Source: Chloroflexota bacterium | GTDB lineage: Bacteria > Chloroflexota > Dehalococcoidia > Lucifugimonadales > UBA3495 | Assembly: GCA_022562475.1 (NCBI GenBank) | Contig: JADFPD010000001.1 | Coordinates: 15,172-79,171, forward strand | Reading direction: 5' to 3' | Length of the DNA stretch: 64,000 nucleotides | Shown here: in pieces, positions 44,523 through 53,274 of the stretch | Position numbering within the stretch: position 1 is the first letter of the stretch | Layout: every line of letters begins with the position of its first letter | Program-made: the position numbers and the translations under genes | The notes under the pieces: model-generated | Databases searched by the model: none | Seen by the model: the letters and a program-made list of their open reading frames with translations, nothing else | Told to the model about the DNA's origin: nothing

Positions 44523-44766
44523 AACGGTCCTGCCTCGCTGGATAAATGGTGATAATGACCACCTCGCTGTTCTCCTCATATACTACCCGCAAGACGTGGT
44601 CCTCATCTAGTCGGAGCCGTGCAACAAATCGTCCTCCATACCCAGGAGACGACTCATGAGGGTTGGCCATGTCGTTGATCACCCTTTCAGGATCAACCGT
44701 TAATCCCCACTGGCCTAGGAGTTCGAACTTACCTAAGGCGTGCCGCGTTAATCGGATGGGTTTCAT
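44512..44766 (-). CDS. DUF4258-like small protein (putative toxin-like partner)
   Basis: 84 aa, MKPIRLTRHALGKFELLG...VVIITIYPA, matching the DUF4258 pattern. It starts 9 nt after the trpD stop. Confidence 0.65.
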   Translation of the reverse strand: MKPIRLTRHALGKFELLGQWGLTVDPERVINDMANPHESSPGYGGRFVARLRLDEDHVLRVVYEENSEVVIITIYPARQDRYED

Positions 44767-44775
44767 GATTGTTTA

Positions 44776-45792
44776 TCAGCCCCTCGCCTGGCTGACCTCG
44801 ATCATCGACTCCATTCGGTCGTTGGCCGCGCCGCTGTCGATGGCTTTGGCGGCCAGTTGAACGCCGTCCCGGATGTTAGAGACCAGGTCTCCGACCAGCA
44901 GCACCCCGGCGCTGTTCAGCAGCACGTAGTCGCGCACCGGGCCACCGGCGCCGCCCAACAACTCCCGCATGGTCTTGGCGTTGGCCGACTTGTCGCCACC
45001 ACGCACCGCCTCGATGGGCGTGATGGGCAGTCCGGTGTCCGCCACGGATAGCGTCCAATTGCTTACCTTGCCCCCGGCAACCTCCCAGACCGAGGTGTCT
45101 CCCGAAAGGGTCATCTCGTCCAGGCCGCCGTCGCCGTGGACGATGATCGAATGATGCGTGTCCAAGAGATTCAAAACCGCCGCCATCTTTTCGCCCAGTT
45201 CCGGGAAGGCCACGCCCACCAGCATCGATTGCGCCCCCGCCGGGTTGGTCAACGGCCCCAGGATGTTGAAAACGGTGCGGATGCCGATCTCCCGGCGCAC
45301 CGGTCCGGCGTGCCGCATGGAGGGGTGGAACGCCTGGGCGAACATGAACCCGATGCCGCACTCTCTGATGCAACGCTCTACGCTCTCGGGTGTAAGCTCG
45401 ATGCGCACGCCCAGTTCTTCCAACACGTCGGCGCTGCCGCAGTTGCCCGAGGCGGCCCGGTTGCCGTGTTTGGCCACCTTCAGCCCGGCGCCGGCGGCGA
45501 CGAACGCCGCCGCCGTGGAAATGTTGAATGTGTTCAGGCCGTCCCCTCCGGTGCCCACGGAGTCGACCAACATACCGTCCACATTTACCCGCAGAGCGAA
45601 TTCACGCATGACGGTGGCCATGCCGGCGATCTCTTCGGTGCTCTCACCCTTGAGCCGGAGCGCGGTCAAGAACGAGCCCAATTGGGCCTGGGTTGCCTCG
45701 CCGGACATGATCTGCCGCATGACCGACGCAGCGTCGTCCATGGACAGATGATTTCCCGAGACGACTATGTCTATCGCTTCACGGATTTCCAA
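44776..45792 (-). CDS. trpD: anthranilate phosphoribosyltransferase
   Basis: GEATQAQLGSFLTALRLKGES and DSVGTGGDGLNTFNIST motifs. TTG start with GGAG upstream. Confidence 0.93.
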   Translation of the reverse strand: MEIREAIDIVVSGNHLSMDDAASVMRQIMSGEATQAQLGSFLTALRLKGESTEEIAGMATVMREFALRVNVDGMLVDSVGTGGDGLNTFNISTAAAFVAAGAGLKVAKHGNRAASGNCGSADVLEELGVRIELTPESVERCIRECGIGFMFAQAFHPSMRHAGPVRREIGIRTVFNILGPLTNPAGAQSMLVGVAFPELGEKMAAVLNLLDTHHSIIVHGDGGLDEMTLSGDTSVWEVAGGKVSNWTLSVADTGLPITPIEAVRGGDKSANAKTMRELLGGAGGPVRDYVLLNSAGVLLVGDLVSNIRDGVQLAAKAIDSGAANDRMESMIEVSQARG

Positions 45793-45864
45793 CGTTAAAA
45801 GGCTCCAGCGCAGTTGTTTGAGACGGCGGCTACCTCTCCGCTGATAGGCGCCGGCTTAGCTCTA

Positions 45865-46167
45865 TCAGATCGGGTCAAGTCGTTCAAGAGGCATCGCACC
45901 GTGATGAATCAGCAAAACTTCGACCCGGTCTTGTTCTGTCATCACGCGGTAAATGATGCGGTAACTTTGGGCTATTAACTCCCGGACATCATCGCTATCC
46001 CACTCGGAAACTACCCGGCCAGACCTGGGAAAATCCTCCAATCTTGTGGTGGCCTGATACAAGCGGTAATTGACCAAGCGGGCATATTCCGGGGTATCCC
46101 TTGCCATAAACAGATAGATGGCTTGCAGGTCATTCAGCGCACGCTCAGTCCAGACTACTTCAGCCAC
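45865..46167 (-). CDS. type II toxin-antitoxin system RelE/ParE family toxin
   Basis: 100 aa, reading VVWTERALNDLQAIYLFMARDTPEYA...IIYRVMTEQDRVEVLLIHHGA, which is ParE-like. Confidence 0.85.
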   Translation of the reverse strand: MAEVVWTERALNDLQAIYLFMARDTPEYARLVNYRLYQATTRLEDFPRSGRVVSEWDSDDVRELIAQSYRIIYRVMTEQDRVEVLLIHHGAMPLERLDPI

Positions 46168-46346
46168 TTTTCCATTCGGCGCTTCGCTTCTTCTTGGGAA
46201 ACAACCTGTCCACGGTCCGCCTGTTCGATCCCCTGCTCGATTTTGTAGAGGAGGTAAAGCCGTTCCATAGCTGATTCAACGGTGGCGTCGTCGGGCAAAT
46301 CTTGGATCGCCTTAAGAATTTGGTCTTTTACGCTCTGGTTACTCAT
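46155..46346 (-). CDS. antitoxin partner of the ParE-like toxin
   Basis: 63 aa, MSNQSVKDQILKAIQDLPDDATVESAMERLYLLYKIEQG. GGAGG lies 8 nt upstream of the ATG at 46344-46346. It overlaps the toxin gene by 13 nt. Confidence 0.7.
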   Translation of the reverse strand: MSNQSVKDQILKAIQDLPDDATVESAMERLYLLYKIEQGIEQADRGQVVSQEEAKRRMEKWLK

Positions 46347-46405
46347 GCACCGGTCCTCCACTAGCAATTTCCCGCCGTTACCTCAGGACGTTCCTTCTGC
46401 CAATT

Positions 46406-46993
46406 TTAACTCTTTACAGCGCTGTCCCTCACCTGGTCCAGAAAATTCTGCAGCAGGTGTTTTCCGTCGGGGGTCAAGATGGACTCGGGATGGAACTGTA
46501 CGCCCTCCACAGGGTGTTCTTTGTGCCGCAGTCCCATGATCAGGCCGTTGTCGGTCCGGGCGGTGACCTCCAGCGTATCCGGGACGGTCTCCGGGTAGAC
46601 GACCAACGAGTGGTACCGGATGGCTTCGAAGGGGTTGGGCAGTCCGGCCAGCACCCCGGCGCCATTGTGGTTCACCATGGAGGTCTTGCCGTGGCGAATC
46701 TCGCCCGCCCGGTCCACCTTCGCGCCGTAGACGTAGCCGATGCATTGGTGGCCCAGACAGACACCCAAAGTCGGCGTCTTGGGACCGAACCGGCGTATCA
46801 CATCGTTGGAGATCCCCGCCTCCAGGGGCGTGGCCGGCCCCGGAGATATGATTATTCCCTCCGGCGACATATCCTGAATCTCTTCCAGCGAGATCTTGTC
46901 GTTGCGGGCCACCTCAACCTCGGCGCCCAACTCGCACAGGTATTGGTACAGGTTGTAGGTGAAGCTATCGTAGTTGTCGATCATCAATAGCAT
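46406..46993 (-). CDS. trpG: anthranilate synthase component II (glutamine amidotransferase)
   Basis: MLLMIDNYDSFTYNLYQYL, GVCLGHQ and the catalytic H/E at QFHPES. Confidence 0.93.
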   Translation of the reverse strand: MLLMIDNYDSFTYNLYQYLCELGAEVEVARNDKISLEEIQDMSPEGIIISPGPATPLEAGISNDVIRRFGPKTPTLGVCLGHQCIGYVYGAKVDRAGEIRHGKTSMVNHNGAGVLAGLPNPFEAIRYHSLVVYPETVPDTLEVTARTDNGLIMGLRHKEHPVEGVQFHPESILTPDGKHLLQNFLDQVRDSAVKS

Positions 46994-47023
46994 GATATTT
47001 ACCTTAAAACGTTTTGGCTGAAT

Positions 47024-47464
47024 CTAGAGGGTCTCCACGAACTCCAGCCGGTTGCCATCGGGGTCCTGGGCGTAGCAGGCTTTCATCGAAACTTTACCAG
47101 GGTCATCGAGTTGGGAAGCCGGGGGATTGTTGTACTTGAGACCTTTTTTGGAGGTTTCTTCGTAGAACCCGTCCAGGTCGTCCACGAAGAAAGCCAGGTG
47201 GGCAGCGCCCAGGTCATTGCGGTTAACCTTTGGGGTGCCGCTGGACGGGGAGAGGTATTGGATCAGCTCGAGCTTGTGGCCTTCGCCCTTGTCCAACATC
47301 GCCCCGTCTATATGTGCGCCAGGAAAGGCCAAGACTTGCTCGACGAACTCGCCTTGCCGCTCGAACCGTTCGCCTATTCGCATGCCCAGGACTTCGGTAT
47401 AGAACTTCGCCGACTTGCCGATGTCTTTAACCACGAACCCCGTATGAAAGAACGACTTCAACAT
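47024..47464 (-). CDS. VOC/glyoxalase family protein inserted between trpE and trpG
   Basis: 146 aa, reading FHTGFVVKDIGKSAKFYTEVLGM...AHLAFFVDDLDGFYEE. Confidence 0.85.
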   Translation of the reverse strand: MLKSFFHTGFVVKDIGKSAKFYTEVLGMRIGERFERQGEFVEQVLAFPGAHIDGAMLDKGEGHKLELIQYLSPSSGTPKVNRNDLGAAHLAFFVDDLDGFYEETSKKGLKYNNPPASQLDDPGKVSMKACYAQDPDGNRLEFVETL

Positions 47465-47483
47465 TTTTATCTCCTAAGTATGG

Positions 47484-48938
47484 CTATTCTGAGCCTTCAG
47501 CCACATCGATGGCGCGCATCAGAGCGCCGGCCTTGTGGCGGGTCTCTTGGTACTCGTCCTCACCGACGCTGTCGGCCACGATTCCGCCTCCCGCCTGAAC
47601 GTACATCACCCCGTCCTTGTAGACGCCGGTGCGGAGCACCAACGCCGTGTCCATGTCGCCTGAATAGCTGAAGTAGCCCACCGCGCCGCCGTATGGCCCT
47701 CGTTTCTCGCCCTCCACCTCAGCGATTATCTCCATGGCCCGAATCTTCGGCGCGCCGGACACGGTGCCCGCCGGGAAGCAGGACCGCAGGGCGTCGTAGG
47801 AGGTCATTTCAGGCCGGAGGTCTCCTTCCACATGGGAGACCAGGTGCATCACGTGGGAGAATTTCTCCACGTCCATGAGCTGCGTGACCGACACGGTGCC
47901 GGGCCGGCTGACCCGGCCGATGTCATTGCGGCCCAGGTCGACCAACATGATGTGCTCGGCCCGTTGCTTCTCGCTGGACTTCAGTTCAGCCTCGTTGGCA
48001 TCGTCCTCTGCGGGTGTCGCGCCCCTGGGCCGGGTCCCGGCGATGGGATGGGTGGCGGCCCTGCCGTTATGGACCGTGACCACCGTCTCGATGGCCGCGC
48101 CCACGATCTGGAAGCCGTCCAGGTCCAGGTAGTACATATAGGGCGAGGGATTGATGCTGCGTAAAGCCCGGTAGATCTGGAACGGGTGGGCTTCGGTCCG
48201 GCGGGAGAAGCGCTGAGAGTTCACCACCTGAATCACATCGCCCGCGTAGATGTACTCGATGCACCTGTCGATTATCTTGGTGTACTCGTCCGGGGTGAAA
48301 TTGGACTCGGTGCTCGAGGAAACCAACTTCGCGCCCCCGTTGGACTGTAATTCCGGAGGCAGGTCCAGGGGTTGGGACAATCTGCGGACCATCTCGTCAA
48401 TCTTGGCCGTGGCCTCGGCGTAGGATCGTTCGATATCGCCATCCAGATGGACGTGGCTGACCACTTTTATATCGTGGCGTACGTGGTCAAACAGCAACAA
48501 TGTGTCGCAGAACATGAACACCGACTCGGGCACCCCCACCGGGTCTTCGGGCATCTCCGGGACCCTGGGCTCGAAGTAGCGGACCGTGTCGTAAGCCAGG
48601 TAACCCACCGCGCCCCCGTGGAAACCGGGCAGACCTTCAACCTTGACCAAGTGATACTTATCCATTTCTTCTTGGACCGGAATTAGGGGGTCGATCTCGC
48701 CCAATTCTTCTTTGGCGCCCGTCTTGGCCACCTTGTAGGGGTTGGTGCCGATGAAGCTGTAGCGGCCGATGCGTTCCCCTCCTTCCACGCTCTCCAACAG
48801 GAACGAATATGGGCCATGGGCCACCTTCAGATAGGCAGAAACCGGGGTTTCCAGGTCGGCGTTTATGGAACGGAAGACCGGCGCCAAGTTGCCTTGGCCG
48901 GCCATCTCCTTTATTTTTTCCAGTGTCGGTTGGTACAT
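47484..48938 (-). CDS. trpE: anthranilate synthase component I
   Basis: 484 aa with the SFLLESVEGGERIGRYSFIG motif and a C-terminal chorismate-binding domain (GAPKIRAMEII, GGAVGY). Confidence 0.95.
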   Translation of the reverse strand: MYQPTLEKIKEMAGQGNLAPVFRSINADLETPVSAYLKVAHGPYSFLLESVEGGERIGRYSFIGTNPYKVAKTGAKEELGEIDPLIPVQEEMDKYHLVKVEGLPGFHGGAVGYLAYDTVRYFEPRVPEMPEDPVGVPESVFMFCDTLLLFDHVRHDIKVVSHVHLDGDIERSYAEATAKIDEMVRRLSQPLDLPPELQSNGGAKLVSSSTESNFTPDEYTKIIDRCIEYIYAGDVIQVVNSQRFSRRTEAHPFQIYRALRSINPSPYMYYLDLDGFQIVGAAIETVVTVHNGRAATHPIAGTRPRGATPAEDDANEAELKSSEKQRAEHIMLVDLGRNDIGRVSRPGTVSVTQLMDVEKFSHVMHLVSHVEGDLRPEMTSYDALRSCFPAGTVSGAPKIRAMEIIAEVEGEKRGPYGGAVGYFSYSGDMDTALVLRTGVYKDGVMYVQAGGGIVADSVGEDEYQETRHKAGALMRAIDVAEGSE

Positions 48939-48955
48939 GCCGAAGCTCCCTTTGC

Positions 48956-49720
48956 CTAATCGTCCGCGCCGCGCCGGCCGGAAAAGAATATGACTCCCTG
49001 CTGTACTTGGTTGGGGTCGAGACCTTCGTTCTTTATGTCATTGAGGATGCCGGCGAAAAGTTTGAACCGGACATTGCTTTTCGCCGCGTTGGTTGCCGCC
49101 GTGCTGGGGCAGAATTCAGTACATTTCTCAACAAAGCCGGGCACGCCAAGCAGCGATTCTTCAAGTTCATCCGCGTATCGGAAATCCATCTGGCCTCGGA
49201 TTTGCGCCATCCGGCGAAACATCTCGGCGGCCTGGTTCTTTTCGGCCATGCAGGGAACAACGGCCCGGAAGACGCCGCCCGGCCGCAGCAGCCGGTATAC
49301 GGCATCGAAAAGGGACGGCACAGCGTCAGCAGGCAACTCTTGGACCAGGTTGAGGCTGGTGACCACATCGAAACTCTTTTCCTTGAAGGGTAACCCGGTT
49401 GCGGCGTTTCCCTCCAACAGATTCACGCCACAACCCAACTCAGCCCTGGCCAGTCTCAGCATGTGCGGCGTCAGGTCCAGACCGGCCAATAAACCCTTCC
49501 CCTGGGTACGGTCCGCCGCCTGGCGCAACAGTTGCCCGGTGCCACAGCCCAGGTCCAGCAGGCTTCCGCCGGGACGCAGAGTCTCCAACGCCCAATCGAT
49601 ACGCTGCATCAGGGCTGCACCGCTGACGAACTGGCCTCGGTCTTCGTCGTAAGACCGGCTGTACTCGCGGTAAACCGAGCGCTTGAGCGCTGCGTAGCTT
49701 GTCTTCGATTTCTGTGTCAT
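48956..49720 (-). CDS. class I SAM-dependent methyltransferase, first gene behind the T-box leader
   Basis: LLDLGCGTG motif and RLLRPGGVF. 254 aa. It ends 17 nt before trpE. Confidence 0.85.
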   Translation of the reverse strand: MTQKSKTSYAALKRSVYREYSRSYDEDRGQFVSGAALMQRIDWALETLRPGGSLLDLGCGTGQLLRQAADRTQGKGLLAGLDLTPHMLRLARAELGCGVNLLEGNAATGLPFKEKSFDVVTSLNLVQELPADAVPSLFDAVYRLLRPGGVFRAVVPCMAEKNQAAEMFRRMAQIRGQMDFRYADELEESLLGVPGFVEKCTEFCPSTAATNAAKSNVRFKLFAGILNDIKNEGLDPNQVQQGVIFFSGRRGADD

Positions 49721-49741
49721 GAGTCTTGGGCTTTTTCCAGA

Positions 49742-49773
49742 TAAAAAAAGACCCGTCCATCAAGGGACGAGTC
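49742..49773 (-). terminator. intrinsic terminator of the T-box leader
   Basis: GACUCGUCC-CUUGAU-GGACGGGUC forms 9 bp including one G-U pair. It is followed by UUUUUUU, 20 nt upstream of the methyltransferase ATG. Confidence 0.8.
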
Positions 49774-50060
49774 AGATCGTGTTGCCACCCTATTTGCCGG
49801 CGGCTCCCCAATTGTAGACGGGGTTGTTCCGGCTTCTCGATCGGCGGGAGGGGCCCTGGTCTACTGTTGCCCCTGTGCCGTGGACCTTTAACGGCGCCCA
49901 ACCGTCACAGCCTAGTTCCGTCCCGATCACATCGAGGACTTAGATCGGCCTGCGGCTCCGGGGTCCATTCGTTCTTCTGCTCTGAGCGCCGGCTCACACC
50001 AAACCCGGCTCGCTTTGCCCCGCTGGAAGACTACTACTCCCCTTCACAGCCTTTATATAT
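49742..50060 (-). promoter_or_regulatory. T-box riboswitch leader with UGG (Trp) specifier
   Basis: On the minus-strand RNA, AGUA follows GGGG and the specifier context is GAACGAA-UGG-A-CCCC (UGG at 49965-49967). The T-box motif AAAUAGGGUGGCAACACG lies at 49778-49795. A terminator hairpin plus a U7 run follows. Confidence 0.85.
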
Positions 50061-50079
50061 ATTCGTTTGTGTAATCTTG

Positions 50080-50109
50080 AGTATAAGGTTGCCCAAAATT
50101 TAAAGTCAA
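50080..50109 (-). promoter_or_regulatory. candidate sigma-70 promoter of the T-box/trp operon
   Basis: On the minus strand, TTGACT (50104-50109) is separated by an 18-nt spacer from TATACT (50080-50085). Confidence 0.45.
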
Positions 50110-50140
50110 GTTTTCGAGGGTGGGCGGGTGATTTATTTCC

Positions 50141-50581
50141 TTAAACCGTCGGTTCTCCCAGACCGCCATGCTTCACCGGAACCGCCTCGTCTGCGCCCGG
50201 CCACGGCGGAGTGGTATGGCACAGGAACCGCAGCGGCCCATCCGGGCCGGCGCTGAACTGGAAGCTCCAGCCGGTGGGAATTACCAAGGCATCGCCGGGC
50301 ATTACGTCTGCCGGTGGAATGCTCTCCGAGGCGGCATCTGGTGGGCAGCGCCAGACCTTTCCGGCGCCCTCCAATACGTACCAGATTTCTTCCACCGTGC
50401 GGTGAAAGACCGGGCTGGTGACTTCGCCGCGGCCGAGCGTAACCTCAACCAAACTACTTTTCGTTGCGCCTTGGTGGGCGTCCGCCAGCAGTCGTATCTC
50501 CGAGCCGTCGGGGGCTGTTACGTCGGGCTTTGGCTTTCGGTGCCCGTGGGGAGGAACGGGATAGTCGTTAGAAGCGCTCAT
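50141..50581 (-). CDS. cupin domain protein
   Basis: PVFHRTVEEIWYVLEGAGKVW...GDALVIPTGWSFQF is a cupin fold. The start is set at MSASNDY (the RBS-like GAAGGGG), and the upstream TTG is an alternative. Confidence 0.75.
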   Translation of the reverse strand: MSASNDYPVPPHGHRKPKPDVTAPDGSEIRLLADAHQGATKSSLVEVTLGRGEVTSPVFHRTVEEIWYVLEGAGKVWRCPPDAASESIPPADVMPGDALVIPTGWSFQFSAGPDGPLRFLCHTTPPWPGADEAVPVKHGGLGEPTV

Positions 50582-50607
50582 TTTGGCCCCTTCTATAGTA
50601 AATCCGG

Positions 50608-52041
50608 TCAAGGAGTCAGGCTTTCACCCACGAGACTCCAGTAGGGCAGGACGATGGTGAACAGCACTCCGATGGCGATCACGGTCATGATCATGCCCAT
50701 CCGGACCACTTCGGTGGCTTTGATCTCCGCCCGCTGGTAGATGAATACGCTGCCGGTGGCGCTGGCGGGATAGAAGACCACCGAGTCTCCCACCACGACC
50801 ACCGCCAACCCGCAGACCACTGGGTTCAGTCCCAGAGCCGCGCCGGTGGACATTGCCACGGGAATGATGAACGCCAGATAGCCGGAGATATTGGGCATGA
50901 CTACCCGCACGGCCGCGGCCGCGCCCGTCATCGCCAGCAGGATCAGCGCGGGGTGCTCCCGAAGGCCTTCGACGCTTCCCACCAGCGTGTCGGCGAACCA
51001 TGCGGCTGCCCCGCTGATTATCAGCGCGTTGGCCAACGACAAAGACGATGCGATGACAAAAATGTTGGCCCAACCCATGTTGGTCTCCAGCTCGCGCCAC
51101 GTAAGGAGACCCACGCCCGGCAACAGGATCACCGTCATGGCGATGAGCGCCGGCACCACGGGGGGCAGGCCGTGGGCGAAGTCGGTGAACCATAGCAAGG
51201 CCGTGCCCAAAGCGATCAACCCCGCTTTTATCTCCTTGGTCTGGACCGGGCCGGTCTTTAACTCGAACGTGGCAACGCCCTGAGCCAAAGTGAATCCCGA
51301 CCGGTACAAAAGGAATACGGCAAATCCGCCAAATATCAAGATCAGGTAAAAGGGCACGGCCATCAAGATGAACCACCTGGTCCAGGAAAAATCATCGATC
51401 AGCCCGAAATCGGCGATCAACGCCGATGCCACCACCGGGGTTATGCCTCCGGCCAACAGAGCAGTGGAACCCAAGCGGTTAAGTCCGCCCATGGCGATCA
51501 TTACCGCCCTATTTAACGGGTCGCTCTTCTTGACTCCCCAATGCTCCAACACCTGCTCATACACGTGGACCATGATGGCCCCGCGGGTGCTTGCGGAAGG
51601 GAGGGCGAAGGTCAACCCGGCGAAGGCGGCCAGCATCTGGACGTAGAGCATCTTCGGGCTTCCGCCGGCGAACCGGATGATGTAGGCGGCCATCCGCTCG
51701 GCCAGGCCTGACTGGTGCACCGCCAACCCCAGGGTGAGGATGCCCAAAAGAAAATAGGTAACGGGTTGGGAAAACCCGTACAACGCCACGGTGACGTCGT
51801 CCACGGCGTTCACCAGCACCAGTAGGACGATGCTCAACATGCCGGTCACGGCGATATGCAAGGTCTCCGTGGCCCACAGCACGACCGCCATGGCCATCAC
51901 AGCCAATGCCCGCTGTCCCTGGTCGGTGAGGCCTTCGGGGTTGGGCGCTAGGACCACTGCGAGGAATACGGCAGCCGGGAGACCGAAGCGAAAAGCCAGG
52001 GTGCCCAGTCTCATATTTCGAATAGCGGCTAGATCGATCAA
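50608..52041 (-). CDS. SLC13/DASS-family (ArsB/NhaD superfamily) anion transporter
   Basis: 477 aa polytopic permease with the two-repeat architecture typical of divalent anion:Na+ symporters. The start is uncertain (TTG at 52041 or ATG at 52014). Confidence 0.75.
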   Translation of the reverse strand: MIDLAAIRNMRLGTLAFRFGLPAAVFLAVVLAPNPEGLTDQGQRALAVMAMAVVLWATETLHIAVTGMLSIVLLVLVNAVDDVTVALYGFSQPVTYFLLGILTLGLAVHQSGLAERMAAYIIRFAGGSPKMLYVQMLAAFAGLTFALPSASTRGAIMVHVYEQVLEHWGVKKSDPLNRAVMIAMGGLNRLGSTALLAGGITPVVASALIADFGLIDDFSWTRWFILMAVPFYLILIFGGFAVFLLYRSGFTLAQGVATFELKTGPVQTKEIKAGLIALGTALLWFTDFAHGLPPVVPALIAMTVILLPGVGLLTWRELETNMGWANIFVIASSLSLANALIISGAAAWFADTLVGSVEGLREHPALILLAMTGAAAAVRVVMPNISGYLAFIIPVAMSTGAALGLNPVVCGLAVVVVGDSVVFYPASATGSVFIYQRAEIKATEVVRMGMIMTVIAIGVLFTIVLPYWSLVGESLTP

Positions 52042-52141
52042 ATTGGTTATCCGGCAGAACGGCGAAACATCCGCCGTTTATTCAGCGGCACTTACTCTAC
52101 CCCAGCAGGATATGCGGTACAAGACAAATCCCGGGCATAGC

Positions 52142-52169
52142 AAAAGGCCCCCGGGACCAATCAGGGGCC
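52142..52169 (-). terminator. rho-independent terminator after the enoyl-CoA hydratase gene
   Basis: The minus strand reads GGCCCC-TGATTGGTCCCG-GGGGCC followed by TTTT. Confidence 0.5.
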
Positions 52170-52199
52170 TTAACCGCAATCAAGACTCGGCGGTGTCAA

Positions 52200-52979
52200 C
52201 TATCCACTGGAGACCCGGGGCTTGCGGCCCTTCCGCTCCAAGAAGTCCTTGAACCCGTCTTCCACGCTCAAGCCCTTGAAACGTCCCATTCGGCCCTCGA
52301 TCTCCGCCCGGAACTGGGCTTCCAGGGCCTCGCCGGTGTGCTCGATCAGCAGAGACTTTATGTTGGCCACACCCTCGGCCCGGTTCTTGGCGATGCCCGC
52401 CGCAACCTCGACGGTCCGGTCGATCAATTCCCCCGACGGCACCAGGTGGTTGAGCAGCCCGATGTGATAGGCCTCGTCGGCGAAGACCTCGCGTCCGCTA
52501 TAAAGCAGTTCTTTGGCCTTGGGCCAACCCACCATGGTCGGCAGGCTCCAGGTAGCGTTCAGTTGTCCGTAATTCACCGCCAGGAACCGGAAGCTGCTTT
52601 TTTCGCTGCCCATGAGGAAGTCCAGGCTGGTGGCCATGACCGTTCCGCCGCCGTAGCAAAGGCCGTTGATGGCCCCGATGACCGGCTTGGTGGAGGCGGC
52701 CAGGTGCCAGGTGTATTCGGCGCGGGCCGCCGCGCCTGCGGCGCGCTGTTCGTCCGAATTCTCCCGGTTCTCGTGAATGTCGGCGCCCGCCGAGAATGCC
52801 CGGTCGCCGGCTCCGGTGATCACGATGGCGCCGATGCTGTCGTCCTGCTCGGCCTCGGTAACGAACTCATCCAGTTCCCGCACCAGTTGCAGACTCAGGG
52901 CGTTAAGGACCTCGGGCCGGTTCAACGTCACGATGGCCACCCGGTCCATTTGGTCGGTTTTAATCAATTCAAAACTCAT
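52200..52979 (-). CDS. enoyl-CoA hydratase/isomerase (crotonase) family protein
   Basis: 259 aa, including VAIVTLNRPEVLNAL...ITGAGDRAFSAGADI...NGLCYGGG. Confidence 0.9.
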   Translation of the reverse strand: MSFELIKTDQMDRVAIVTLNRPEVLNALSLQLVRELDEFVTEAEQDDSIGAIVITGAGDRAFSAGADIHENRENSDEQRAAGAAARAEYTWHLAASTKPVIGAINGLCYGGGTVMATSLDFLMGSEKSSFRFLAVNYGQLNATWSLPTMVGWPKAKELLYSGREVFADEAYHIGLLNHLVPSGELIDRTVEVAAGIAKNRAEGVANIKSLLIEHTGEALEAQFRAEIEGRMGRFKGLSVEDGFKDFLERKGRKPRVSSG

Positions 52980-53274
52980 AGCTTAAGCTGCTCCCTGTTT
53001 GTCACCAAATAACCGCGCCGGAACGCATCATGCTTACCGGGCCAAACGCACGACAACGCGAGTTCTAATAAATCATACCAGGCCCGCAAAGTAAACTTCC
53101 CAACCGCCCCACCAGAGGCATCAACGCAAAGGCTGGGCCCAACTATGTGACCAGGCTCACATGCCCGGTATGCCACACGTCATGGCTCGCACCGGCGGGT
53201 GAGAGTTTACTGGAGGTAGCAACAACGGAATCTGGGAAACGAAAGCTCCAGGGACCCAAAAAGGTGAGAGCAAG

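Noticed and set aside
49440-50103. ORFs 49440-49901 (-) and 49726-50103 (+) in the gap upstream of the methyltransferase
   Set aside because: The region is better explained as a T-box leader RNA with its promoter and terminator. Both translations are Arg/Pro/Gly-rich.
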